This document shows, one piece after another, positions 51,446 to 64,000 of a DNA stretch of 64,000 nucleotides. How positions within the stretch are numbered: the stretch's first letter is position 1; every line of letters begins with the position of its first letter. The DNA lies in assembly GCA_021613535.1 (NCBI GenBank), contig CP075493.1, positions 11,098,001-11,162,000 on the forward strand, read 5' to 3'. The stretch comes from Adineta vaga (taxonomy: Eukaryota; Animalia; Rotifera). The position numbers and the translations under genes are program-made. Below the pieces are notes generated by a model, which did no database searches, was not told the origin of the DNA, and saw only the letters and a program-made list of their open reading frames with translations.

Positions 51446-53242
51446 TCAATGATTTAATTTTATTCGTTTGTGTACATTGATTTTTTGCATAGGCTTTGAA
51501 ATCCAAACAGCTAAGTAATGCATATCGCATATGTATGTGGAATTAATTTTCTTCTTCGTAAACCAATCAAGAATATTTTGAATAAAGATAAATTTATCAA
51601 ATGAAAATTTAAATTTCAAACTTGATAGATATGAAAGTTGTTCAATAAATATCGGAATTTCATTCATATTTGCTATATCAACATTGAAATGTCTGATTGT
51701 TTTTGGAAATATTGAACAAAAATATTTGAGAGGAATAAAAGAAGATATACCATACCATCGATTAAAGATTTCTAATGTTGTAACAGTTGGTAAATCATTT
51801 AAAAAGATAAGAAACTGCTTTAATAATAGATCAAGTTGATAACTACGAGAAGATATAATTAAACTTAATTCGTCTAACTTTTCTAAATAAATTGTTTGGA
51901 AAAGATATTCAAAACATGACAATGAACAATGATCGGTAATAGTTAATTTTAAATTTCTAAGATTTGGAAATAATCGTTGATCTTGACTAATATTCTAAAA
52001 AGAATATAGACAAAATGTACAATTTGATCGATTCTTTTTCGAAAAGAAAAATTCATTTCTAACCTTTGTTTGTGTTGATATAACTGGTAGATCTTTAAGA
52101 TTCAAATCTAATTGATAAACTGAATTAAATCTTTCACTGAGATAATTGAATTCAGATTGAGTAGAAATCGATGTAAGAGTAGAGAGATTGACATATTTGA
52201 AACAATGACATGGAGATGGAATGGAATAAAAATGTAATTCATTTGTGTCTTGAATAAAATCACATATAGTTGAACAGTGTAGTTTCATCATCCAAAATGA
52301 TCTTTTAAATTGTTCGATTAATGATGTAATTAGACAAGTTGTTAATTTGAATTCTACCGGTAAAAATCGAATAAAAAATTCGAAAGTTTTTAAATCGGAT
52401 AGATTAGTTCGAATGAATTCTTCGAGTTGATTGTTTTCAAAGATTTTATCAAATTTTGAAGTAAAACCTTCGAACTTTAAATGAAGAAGTTTTGACATAA
52501 ATGATAATAAACATTGAATTTTATCGAATAATAATTCACTTTCTTCAATTTCAAATGATTTGAGTTCTTTGCAATAGAGTACTTTTACAGAATGAACATC
52601 ATAATCTTTCATAGAGAATTGCCGCAGACGAATCGATTGAAATTGATTTGGTTGACTAAAGATTTGAATGAATTGTTTAATGCTTAAATGAACTAAAGTT
52701 AAATGTTCAATTGATAATGTTTGTGGCCATTGTAGTGAAACTGTTTCATAAGCTCTCATATCTAAATTTAGTTTTTTCAAAGTTTTCAACGATAATATTC
52801 GATGGAGAAGATCAAATGCAGAAGAACTCAACATGCCGAAATATTGTCGATATTCAATATGCAGAGATGTTATTGAACTCTTTTGGAAATGTTTCAAGAG
52901 ATTTTCTAAATGATTTTCATTAATTTGAAGTAATTGTAAACATTTCAATCGTGTTAATCGATTGATGATATCGGATTTAAGGAAGGTTTGAATTTGACCT
53001 GGCGTTTTATTATCGTCATCACTGAGTTTCAATGAAATAATATGTGATGGATTAATAACTCGACAAACTAAATCAAAATTTGATTTTAATATTGATTGAA
53101 AATCTATTCGATATTGGTTATAACGATGACGACACTGGAAATATCTTGTACATGTATAAGTAAATAATACAATTGAATAAATATCAAGATTATCAAAGAT
53201 ACGATAGATAATTTCATTTGGTAAATCTTCTAAACAAACCAT
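51446..53242 (-). CDS. F-box / LRR-like protein, two exons (intron about 51995-52063)
   Basis: LEDLPNEIIYRIFDNL F-box; SLKLSDDDNKTPGQIQTF; LxxLxL repeats; exon 2 NISQDQRLFPNLRNLKL joins ORF 51446-51922. Confidence 0.85.
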
Positions 53243-53948
53243 AATATTTTCTAGATAAATACGATGTTTTTGTTTTATTATATTGAAATAATTTCAAATG
53301 AACATTTCTTTGTACATTGAAAAGCCAATTAAATCTATTCATGAACATAGATGGAGTTTTAGTCGAAATGTTTTTTGTTTCAAAGTTTAACTGAACGAAA
53401 TGGATAATCGTATAGGGAATACAAAGAACGTTCTTTCTGTCCTATCTACTTTTCTTGAAATTTGATCATATTGAGTGTCAGCGTGATCCATTGCTATCAT
53501 CATTGTTGACATTTCGAATAGATTTCTCCAGTATCGAACAAAACTTTTTTTTCCCGAAATTCAATGAAAAAGATGCAAACGAACAGAATCAAAATCAACA
53601 TTTTCTATCTATCGTAAATAATGTTATGAAATAGATCCACGAACAAACACAACATTTCTAAAAGAAAATATTTTGTCATTTAATTTATTGAATTTTTTTC
53701 AAGAATCATATTAGTTGAGTGTATATAGTTAACTAAATCAAAGAGTTTTTTTATTAAATAAATAAGAGAAAAATATATGATTTCATTTCATCAGACAGAT
53801 GCTATCAATATATTTTATACAAGTGAAAAATGAAAATTTTTCGTATCTGACAGATTCTATTGAATAAAACAGATAGTATTTGATTTTTTAGCGCTTTTAT
53901 TTATTTAACTATTAAAATCGTCGATTTTTGTTAGTATTTGTTTTTATT

Positions 53949-55290
53949 ATGATTTATGTCCTTATTCTTATTTTTACTCTTGTTCCTCATGTTCTAACTA
54001 TGAATCCGATCAGTGCATTAGGTTATTCAGCTTTATGGAAAAATCACAGACGAAATCAACCGTCATCAGCGATATCAATTCAAAAAGAAACGCCACTTCC
54101 ATCGGTGGCAGCAATTCAAAAAGAAACACCACTTTCATCACCAATTCAAGTTATTGATAATAATCAACTAATCTGTTCGCCACCACAATCCTGTATCAAC
54201 AATTTTCACTCACCAACAAACGATGTCCGCGAAGATACTCCGAAATCTATTGAGAACGAATCAATAGAAGAACACGATGAAACATCAACATCACCACCAC
54301 CAGCGATGACTCGTAAGTATTTCAAACATCTGACGATCAATTATTTCTCTATAAAACATCCTATCAAATGAATTTTAGTCGAAGAGTGTCTTGAAGAAAA
54401 AGCAAGAATTGATCATCTTCTAGGTCAGCGTGCCAAACTCGGTCCATTCTTAATCGAATCTACCGAACGACCAGTTATAAATAATATGACTGAATTTAAA
54501 GGTTCAATTTCCATCCATTCTTTGTTTCTTTGATTGAATCGTTTTAGCATCTGCCGAAGCTATTCGATCGGACAGCAAAATAAGGTCAAGATGTCATTTG
54601 TACGATGATGTTGATTCTCTTGTGCGAGATTTTCGCGCTTATGAATTAAATCGTCTCGATGTTCTTGCTATTCGTCTGTATACAACAGCCATATCTTACG
54701 TTGTTAATGAAGCATTACGTAATTATTCTTTTTTTGGCATACCTATACCGACTACTTACATACCATATATCTATGCTCTTTTAAATGCCTTGGCCAAACT
54801 CGATAGCAATAGATTGACAAATGAGGTTTATTTAATGATATTATAATTCTTAATGAACTATTTTTGTTAGGCTTATTGTGTATCTTCGATGGTCGCGATA
54901 TATTGAGCGTTCGACTCCCGAAAAGACAGAGGCATTAAAACCAATACTCGATCTTCATCAACCCGGAGCCCTTGTAATGTACCCAGCATTTACATCAACC
55001 TCAATGAATGACAGAGCTAAAGGTCTTTGGACAGGTAAAAAATTGTTATTACATAAATACAGCAGAATAGATAGTAAACGTCTGATTCAGATGGATTCGA
55101 ATGTCGTTTCGAAATTCAAGCAAGAACGACTATCACAATAGAAGAATTTGCAGTTCATCCTGATGAACATGAAGCTGTCTTTCCACCTGGAACTATATTT
55201 CATGTAACCGAACGTGATTATCCGTTTCTTGAAATGGAAGAAGTGATGCCAAAAACACTTGAAGCAAGACGAGCTGAATTACCATGTTAA
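53949..55290 (+). CDS. Secreted R-S-E type ADP-ribosyltransferase-like gene (5 exons), apparently frameshifted at the catalytic-Arg region
   Basis: Signal peptide MIYVLILIFTLVPHVLT, Pro/Ser-rich spacer, AIRLYT...VNEALR, PAFTSTS, DEHEAVFPPGTIFHV; the exon 3/4 join gives AYC and then goes out of frame. Confidence 0.68.
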
Positions 55291-55521
55291 ATGAATTCTA
55301 GTTTATTCTTATATTTATTATTTTGATTATCTTAAACTTCTTTTAAAAAAGGATTTTTCACGAATTTTCATGACAAGAGAATAGATAAAGTTAAATTTGT
55401 TGCGTATTGAATTAATATGCAAAGACTTACAACATCAATGTAATTGATAATGAGAAAAGAAATTGAGAGGTCTAAAACAATATTCAAAGCGAAATGACGT
55501 TGATCAAGAGTACGATAAAAC

Positions 55522-57086
55522 TTAAAATTCATATCTTTCTACAGAATTTAATACGACGTTTGAACTATTCTTACCACTAATAATCAATACACCATTGTTT
55601 GTTAAAACAGTTGCATGACCATCACGAAATAAATTTAATGAACGAGTGATATTCCATTGTCCACTGATAGGATCATATAATTCACATACAGATGGACTTA
55701 TATTTGTAATCTGATCAATTCCTCCGGCAGCTAAAACTTTACCTGATGGTAAAAGAGTTAAGGTATGACCAACACGTTTGTAAATCATTGGTTGAATAAG
55801 TGAAAAAGTACCCGTTGCTACATGATATAATTCTGCAGATGATGTTGTTAGAAAAGAAGACATATTGACGATACCACCTGTTATTAAGACATTTCCATCA
55901 GGAAGTGATATAGATCGATGATAAGAACGTGGTATTACCATAGTATTTGTATAGCTCCAAACGCTTGCTGCATAGATTTCCGCAGATGCAACACAAATTC
56001 CCTTATTATCTACGCCACCTGTAACAAGAACAGAAGATCCATCAGAAAGTAAAGTAGCTTCATGTCGAAGACGAGGTGTTTGTAGATTATTTTGACTAAG
56101 AAACGAGTTCGTCGATGCATCATAAAGATCAACAATCGATATGGAACTGATTGCAACAGATGAAATTTTTTTTCCACCTACGATTAAAACTTGACCATTT
56201 TTGAGAACTGTTGAACTGTGAAGTTGCCGGGCTAACGATAAACTATTGGATGTGTATGAACATTGATTTGTTTGACTATCATATATTTCACTTTGATTTG
56301 ACGACGAATAAACTATTGAGTTACCAGCAGCTAATGCCTTTGTTCCATTCACAATTGCATCAAGAGAATATGACACTCGACGTTGGTTCATCTGAGCACC
56401 CAATTCCCAACCCATGTTTGGCTTTGAATAAAACTCACAGGAAGAATAGGTTAGATCAATTCGGACAGGATCCGATCTACCACCACATACCATAACTTTT
56501 CCATTTCCCAGAAGTACTGCACCATGATTGATACGTGCCTGAGAGAGCGATGAATCCACATACCATTTCTATATTGGATCTACTGTTGTTGTTGTTTGCG
56601 TTTGACTAACTATAAAATAATATTACTAAATACTCTGTATCTGCAACTCGATGTCACTTTCATGATCTCTATGAGTTGTGAATCTTACATGTTTGATTTA
56701 ATGATATCTGTGTCGATACAATCAACATTATAGTAGCTGTTGTTGTTGTTGAATCTTAATTGAAAAATAAAAATTTGCTTCAAAATAGCAATATAGATTA
56801 TCTAAAGATCTCATACTTAGTCTGACCATCGTAGTTGTTGTTTTTTGCTCTATTGTGCTTATTGATGAATTCACATAGTTAGATTCAGATTGTTTATGCA
56901 TAATTACGAATTTAACTAGTAAAGCACAAATGATTATTAAACAAATGAAAATAATAAGAGCGACACAAATATAATAACGGTATTTCCAAATTCTATCGTT
57001 ACAAAAAATAATAAAAAAACAATTTTTATTTGATAATGATCATCCTACCTGCCATCTTTCAAACGTAATTGTCAACAAGTTGACAT
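55522..57086 (-). CDS. Type II membrane Kelch-repeat (galactose oxidase-like propeller) protein with Thr-rich stalk; in-frame TGA at codon 5
   Basis: Spliced N-terminus MSTC*QLRLKDGRIWKYRYYICVALIIFICLIIICALLVKFVIM, stalk exons, then repeats R..H.A.LL.NG.VL..GG...S.ELYD in ORF 55522-56559. Confidence 0.8.
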
Positions 57087-57199
57087 ATTGATTGAAGAAA
57101 AATTTCAGCAGCTTCTCGATTCTAAAACCAATTTCTCATTTTTCAAAGAGTTATCAAAGACAAGTTTTCGTTCAAAATTAGATTATAGACTTGAAACTA

Positions 57200-59060
57200 T
57201 CAATGAGAATGAAACACGTTAAAGTACTTTCGTAAATGACTTAATATGTAACTCAAACAAAATACAAATGAAAGTATGAACTAAATATACTTTAAATAAT
57301 AGGGAAACATGAATGTCTGACTTCGGTAAAAGCATGTACAAAATCATTCTCCAATTATGAAAATCAGACCTTTTTTTCCATATCCAATAAACAAAACGAG
57401 TAGTCAATTTCTATCAAATGCATTCATGCTCAAACTAGTTTTCAAGCAATCAACAGCGACTACAGATAACTGTTTATGTAATTCTTCAACCAACTATAAT
57501 CAGTACTTCCCATGTTTGCTTGACATACATTTAATTTATGACTTATGACTTTTGTGAGATAATTAAATATGAATGAGAAGCATTCTTGAAAAAAATCACA
57601 GGAAAATAGTAATAAGAAAAGTAAAGAAAATCGCTTTTCAAACAAATTTCGTTCATAGATTGTGTACATGAAACCGATGATATGGAAGAAAATTTGGATG
57701 GTAGTTTTTCTTTTCAATATAAAGTCTTTGTAAAACGTGTTTATTACTATAGACGAGATATACATGTGGACCATTGAAAGAATCTACAACGCCATTTTCG
57801 TATGAGTTTAATAAATTCAGATTTATATAATGTTGATGTAAACAAATAATATCCACAACCATTTTCGTGGAAATTTTCTAATCTAAATATCATATAAGAA
57901 AATCCAAAGATAAATATCAACATTATAATTCTAATACTAATTTAATGATCCATGGTTGATGATTAATGGATATATTTGGTTTAATATAATATCCAAGAAT
58001 AACATCTAATGATAAAATATAATCGTTGGTTGATAATTCACATTGTTGTCTATAATAATCTTGTTTACACAAACAAATAAATGCATCCAAATCAATTCGA
58101 TCATACTTTAGCAACAGAAGTACCATCATTCTCACATGGATTATTTTTTGTTTGATTATTTCGACTAAATCGAATGAGTATACCAGTATGGCAATATCAA
58201 GCAAGTTGCATGTCTATGTTGGATTGAATCTTATGTTTTTGAAGCTTTTTCAAAGGATTTTTAAGAGAGAATGAATAAGTGAACCGATTGATGGTTAAAT
58301 GAGTATGATTGCGATCGAGTTTATAAACATTACTTTGTCCTGAAACTGTCAACTGAAATTTTTTACTTGTTACACATGTTTCTTCTTCAAAACTACTTAA
58401 TTCCAAATACTTTTGACAAATATTTTCTTTATAAATACATTTTGAACGGTTAAATGGATAATCATCAGAATTCGTCTGATGATTGATTTCTACATGGAAA
58501 TTCATTTGATAAACAAATTGATTTTGAACAATTCAATTCATCGATATAGTTAAAGTAACCTAATGTTTTTATCGTTGTGTTGAACATTGAATCAAACTTT
58601 TGAGAAAATTACTATTACTCCTCCATTCATACAATCAGCAATTCCATTACATATTTGACACCAATCAAGACATAAAGACCATGTGGTTGATGATGACATG
58701 TTGAAGTGATAAATCGATAGCATGTTGTATTAGCAAATTGATCTACACTTCTAAAACGATTTTCTCCAAAGATTTGAACAATTGTAAAATAGTTCTGAAC
58801 TGTCATTATTCATTTCATAACGTTCAGCAATAGCAATAGATGCAAACCAATTCAGAAGTTCTTCACTAGCTATATCTTGTCTTTTCAATTTCTTGAAACT
58901 TATTTTATTCATCACATTCTTATCCAATATATCGATTATATTTTCTACTTGTCATTCTTCTTCTCATCCATTATCAGGTCGACTACAATAGGCAGTCAAT
59001 TGATCATTAACAACATAATCATTGTATTTATTTCGAATATTTACAAGTATGTATGCATAT
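57200..59060 (-). pseudogene. Heavily degraded large receptor-like gene (LDLa/EGF-type Cys modules, hydrophobic 3' part)
   Basis: Fragments LCLDWCQICNGIADCMNGG (about 58620-58680) and FICLCKQDYYRQQCE (about 58040-58085) amid many stops and frameshifts. Confidence 0.5.
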
Positions 59061-59463
59061 AAAACAATCATATGTTAGAAAAGAATTCGGACGAATATCA
59101 TAATAATACAGTAAAGATCTGCTATTCACTCTATTGTATAATAAAGCGACGAAAATCATTAAACGAATAAGCTTCGTTATTTAACGGTGGAAATGGATTA
59201 GACTTTGAAAAAATAGTATGACAGTTGTTATATTTCCTTTTATATGATTTTGAAAAAAAGATTTTTTTTTTAAATTAATTTGCAATATAACACCCAGTAT
59301 GATCATGAGGATGATGGAGTAGCTGTTAGATAAATAAGATATACTCTTCGCTTTCACACCAATTGATGAACAATAGAAAAGGAACGTTTATTACGTTATT
59401 AAAGACATTTATTTTTGAAGAAAAAATAACTTGTAGTCAGTTTTATGTTGAAGACGTTCTCTT

Positions 59464-59907
59464 TCACATATTACGATTGCAATAATTACCAGTACAACAA
59501 CAAGTATAAACTTGACCACCATTAGCATCAAATATCCATCGACATCCCGTAACAACGCATTGAGGCGATCCAGACGCACCTCGACTATTCGGGGCAGATG
59601 GACTCTTCGAATAACTTTGTTTCTATAGAAAGCAAAATACGCAAAATAATTTATCATATTCCTATTATGAATGACAAATTTTTACCAACTTACAGCACAT
59701 AATCCTGTCTTTGATTGAACGATTGAGACATGCGGCGAGAGTGGCGTAAAGGGATTAGGACAATTTGTGCAGTAATAGCAATACTTGGAAGCATTACTAC
59801 AACCTATCGATATCAAGAAATTGTATAGTATAATTTCTACCTAAAGAAAACGTTGTCTTACCAAGAAAGAGTACCAGCAACATAAAAAATATAACGGAAT
59901 TATTCAT
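59464..59907 (-). CDS. Small secreted Ly6/uPAR three-finger-like protein, three exons (absent from the ORF track)
   Basis: Spliced: MNNSVIFFMLLVLFLGCSNASKYCYYCTNCPNPF...GLCA|KQSYSKSPSAPNSRGASGSPQCVVTGCRWIFDANGGQVYTCCCTGNYCNRNM*; ends in CCxxxxCN. Confidence 0.8.
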
Positions 59908-60481
59908 TGTATTTATGATCGATATTGATATGAATTTATTCAGTTGATAAATGAGAATGATCGAAACAACATATGAATACCTTTATTGTTGTATTTATAT
60001 GAAAAATATCAAACTATTACAGAGGTTTATCTTCTATTTGCATATAAATTCGAAAGTATGATATTGATGATTATGATAGTCAATAAGAGTATATGTACAT
60101 AATGTGGGATCATATTAGATTTTCTTCTCTTCTGGATTTAATTCTTTAATTCACTATTGATATAGGATTTAAAACTATTGCGATAATTTCATAACTCAAG
60201 TGTATGTATACTTTTCTATATCTTATCTTAACTTTTCATATCTCGATAATAAATCCATGAATATGCCAGTGACGTTTGAATGTATGTGTTGTTTTTTGGC
60301 CTGTTCGTTTTACTATCAGAAAAAACTGATAAATGAACAATTTCATTACAAAAATATAGATATAATAAACACGGGAGAGAGTCCTCTCTTAATGTTTATA
60401 AATAAGAACGTATTCATTGATATATGATATTTCTGATACATCATTCTATTTCAATTTTTTTTAAATATGGAATAGTATGAG

Positions 60482-61610
60482 ATGTTCATCTCAATGATGT
60501 CCTTTGGTCGCGTTGTAAAAGCAAGACTTTTATCTGGACAAAAAAATCACACTCTATGGCTGTATAATCAAACAACTCCTGAAAAGTGTGTTTGTGCTGC
60601 ATTACAATATTATTCATTCTCTGATATTGCCGGTTTGAATAGTTTCTCGTTGAATTCAAGTCGTCATACAGATAATTCTATCACCACCAGTTCTATCGCC
60701 CTCGATTACTTATAATGTCACATCAAATGTTCTGCTCCTTCAACCACTCACTGATTCTCCTTGTTGTTCGGATCTGTCATGGCTATTAGAACGTATACAA
60801 AAGTCAAAAAGATCTTCGAGCGATACTGTTCCAGAACCAACACTAATTTTATCGATTTCATCGGAATAATCTTTGTTTGGAAGGCATACATTCACATTAC
60901 CTAGTGGCTACACATGTGCTAATGTAATCTATCGGCAAGGTCATATATTTGTTGGTAAGTTCTCTTGATATTACCATTGTAAATATACATTGAAAGATCT
61001 TGCTCTGATTTATTCATTTATAGGATGTGATACACCTCCGGCACTGATGATTTTCAATGAAACAAATTTATCCACACCAGTTGCTCGAATAAATATGAGG
61101 AAGTGGATGCGAGTAATATCCTTTGCATGTAATGATACCTTGATGTTTGTTGCTGTTCAAGAAGGATCTGACGGTGTTTATATTTATAATATTAATTGGA
61201 CATCAAAGATATCAACATTACTTGTTACAAGATTTTCACTTATTGTCGATCAAATGTGAACCATTCATACAGTAAATGATAGCTGTACATTAACAACAGG
61301 AGTGGCAAATATGTTATTACTTGATAATTATGAACTCTTTGTAACAGATTGTGATCAAAATTTTGTTTATCGTTTTGAACCAAACTTTCATCATACATTA
61401 TAGATACAAACAATATCTCTTTCACCGCACAGGTACATTTAAATTGCGCAGTTTTGTTTGATGAAAGATTCTTAACAGTCTATATGTCTGATAAGATTGT
61501 CATCATGCTATTGAACACTCGTCAGATGTCATTGATAAAAGATGTACTCACTCTCACCCAGATCTAGACCGACAACTATATCCTCAAGAAAGTGATGGAG
61601 TCTGAATAAA
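60482..61610 (+). pseudogene. Degraded secreted protein gene (PAN/apple-like Cys module followed by propeller-like repeats)
   Basis: EKCVCAAL..., PCCSDLSWL, and later VARINM...LMFVA fragments separated by frameshifts and stops. Confidence 0.4.
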
Positions 61611-61727
61611 AAAGTCACGGAATAAGTAATATTGAAAAGATACTTTTGTTCGCTATAAATTTGAATCAAAAATAAAAATATTCACCAAAGTCAGTGGCAT
61701 TTGTGAAAAAGAGTTATAAAAGTTCCG

Positions 61728-62903
61728 TCATCGTCGTCGACGGTATCGTCGATATCGATGATAATTGAAAGCATATGGTGGAGGAGAATAACGAGATCTC
61801 CTGTAATCATTGGCATCGTTTGTCGCAGTCGTTGAATGAGCAGCTAAATTAAGAAAACCGCTCGTCGTATAGAAAGCCCTAGCAGATGTAGGCTCATCGT
61901 TTGTTGCTGTTTTCCATTCAATACGACAAAATGGACAAGTAACTGGTTCACCCACTAATGCTTTAGCTCGACGCCATTGCTCGAAACAAGTCACATGTAT
62001 GTTATTGCCGCATGATGTAGCACAAAATAGAATAGTACTGGCATCGTTTGTTTCACCATCCATTGATTCACAACAAATTGGACAATCATCCTCGGATGTA
62101 ACTGGTTTTTGTTTCACTATCACTACTGTCTTAATCATATCAACACCAGTATCGAGAATTGTATTTGAATCGCCAGTTGTTGTTCGATAGGCTTCACGTA
62201 CCTATATGGAAGAAATAAAACAATGCGAGTTATACAAGTGCGCAGTATACTATTTTCGTTTTACACTATACGGAAGAAAATATGGACATAGATCGTTATG
62301 TCTGTGATAATATCATAGTTTACCTGTCGTTCCGCAAGTATATTTGAATTATTGAACATTTCATTTTGTTGTGCATCAGCACTGGTAAAAATCTCATTCA
62401 ATTCAGTAGTTAACAATGCTTTCTGATAAAGGAATCGTGAACGACGATCAACTTTAAGGACACGATGTAAAATGAAGATAATATGTTTACATACATTACC
62501 ATTCATATAATCAGGACCTATATGAGAATAAATAGAGATTTTTTGATTTAGCTAAGTAAATAAATTCTCTGCACCTACAAGTACATGATAATAAATGAGT
62601 GATAATAACAGTATAAACATTGCCCGTTTGTCCAAATACTCGATATTCTCGACGAGTAGGTTCTTCTGGTATCGAACTAGTAGCCAATAGATAGAGTCTT
62701 TCATTTACAGCACGTTGAATGCGATGACGAATAGCATTTGTAGGTGTCGAACGGTAACCACGGAGACGTTTTTCGATTGGAATTGATTCTACATGAGCTT
62801 CTATTGTTAGTCTTTTCGTCTTCTTTCGATTTTTGGACATTGTTTGATTCGTTGAATCTTTAGCTTCTTTTTTGATAGCTAAACTTTGTGAACGTGTCCG
62901 CAT
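61728..62903 (-). CDS. SWIM zinc finger + RING finger protein (MAP3K1-N/ZSWIM2-like architecture), three coding exons
   Basis: VFGQTGNVYTVII...SCTC|PDYMNGNVCKHIIFIL (CxCxnCxH), YQKALLTTEL; RING DDCPICCESM...CATSCGNNIHVTCFEQW...CPFCR. Confidence 0.88.
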
Positions 62904-63396
62904 TATGCACTGAGATAAGACTATCTAAGAAATATAAAAGAGAAATCCAATCCAATGACAGGAGTAATTCTTTCAAACCTCCCTTTATATAGCATAAGAA
63001 TACAAGCACATGTGTGATAAAAATGAATTCTGAAATTCATCTTCTCTTGTATGATAAAAAAAAAGAAGATATTGCACAACTACGATGAAAGTACTTCAAC
63101 ATTTCTCGTTTGTTTCTATCACGCACTTACATCATGCATTGTGACATCGAGAAAAAAGAAATCTAGTTTGAAATATTCGTAGCAAAGCAATAAAAACTGT
63201 TCCGTTAATCAATATATTCTATCTAATTGCCAACTTGTATATGTATGTTTGGAATATTTGCAATGAGTTTCTAAGTAATATCTGATGTCATTCTTGAATT
63301 GAACGTGTGAATAGTTTACGTATATTGAATACATGGAAAAAAGTAGTAGTTTTAAAGAATCTTGTTTATTGTCAAAAGAAAAGGGAAAAAATAAAG

Positions 63397-64000
63397 TTAT
63401 ACTCGAAGCTTCGATTTAGTGTCTTTGTTTTTAGCAGCGGTCACTTTGGTAGCTGTTGTTGATTTCGTTGTTGCATCGAACCAAGTTTGAATTTTCTGTG
63501 TTTGTCCTTGAGCACTTTGAATCTCGGTTGTTTTTTTCTGTTGTGATGATCGGTTGTTTGTTTCTTGCTTCTTTTCTAAACCTCGTAGAATAACATATGT
63601 ATGTTGAAGAAGAATATCATCATCGACAGTGAAAGTATCAAGATCAGTGACACTGATTCGATCACTCCAAAGATCTGTACGTTCCAAATAGTATTGAAGT
63701 GGTGTTTCAAGACTAACATTAGCATTTAATACACGAATCATCAATCGTTTGAGCATTGATATCCAATTATCAATACTTTTCAAGGGATCTGCAATGTTAT
63801 CTTTTTCAAATGTCATACGAGAAAAACCGGTAAGTACACGATGACGTTCTTCATCTGTAAAAGTTTCTTCAACAAGTTCTTTCTTTATATAAGCACGTAG
63901 GACTTGATCAAATGCAGTTTCTTCAATCATTTCATATAAATCAATAATATATCGTAATTGAATAGCAGAAAATGGTGGTCGACGAAGAATATTTTCATTT
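63397..64000 (-). CDS. C-terminal end of a large protein, probably RNF213-like; runs off the window
   Basis: Frame open to the window edge: IQLRYIIDLYEMIEE...LKRLMIRVL...PLQYYL...LW...ILLQHTYVIL resembles RNF213-like C-termini (from memory). Confidence 0.55.
   Translation of the reverse strand, partial: NENILRRPPFSAIQLRYIIDLYEMIEETAFDQVLRAYIKKELVEETFTDEERHRVLTGFSRMTFEKDNIADPLKSIDNWISMLKRLMIRVLNANVSLETPLQYYLERTDLWSDRISVTDLDTFTVDDDILLQHTYVILRGLEKKQETNNRSSQQKKTTEIQSAQGQTQKIQTWFDATTKSTTATKVTAAKNKDTKSKLRV

Noticed and set aside
1-64000. Alternative genetic code with TGA as a sense codon
   Set aside because: TGA terminates several complete genes at the expected C-terminus, and conserved Trp positions use TGG

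Overview
Eukaryotic, AT-rich, gene-dense DNA with many short GT-AG introns (mostly about 45-70 nt). The gene repertoire points to a bdelloid rotifer (inference): NHL-repeat proteins, short orphan class A GPCRs, F-box/LRR proteins, ART-TPR proteins, and bacterial- or fungal-type metabolic genes, some with introns. I reconstructed about 35 genes or pseudogenes by hand, several of which are missing or split in the ORF track. Highlights: (1) four R-S-E type ADP-ribosyltransferase genes, including a head-to-head pair of receiver-like/ART/TPR proteins, one catalytically intact and one membrane-anchored with the NAD-binding Arg replaced by His; (2) a run of horizontally acquired-looking enzymes (Orn/Lys/Arg decarboxylase divergent from a SAM methyltransferase, HSL-family esterase, intron-containing ArgE/DapE-like amidohydrolase, decayed bacterial-type GlgB, SABATH methyltransferase and ATP-grasp-like relics); (3) two same-strand halves of one GPCR subfamily separated by a 12.3-kb, more AT-rich, MITE/MULE-rich block carrying other host genes, including a truncated Roquin with a degenerate RNA-binding surface; (4) three otherwise open genes with a single N-terminal in-frame TGA, one in the classic readthrough context TGA-CAA-TTA. 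No rRNA, tRNA or CRISPR array was recognised. All homology calls come from motif recognition, not database searches.
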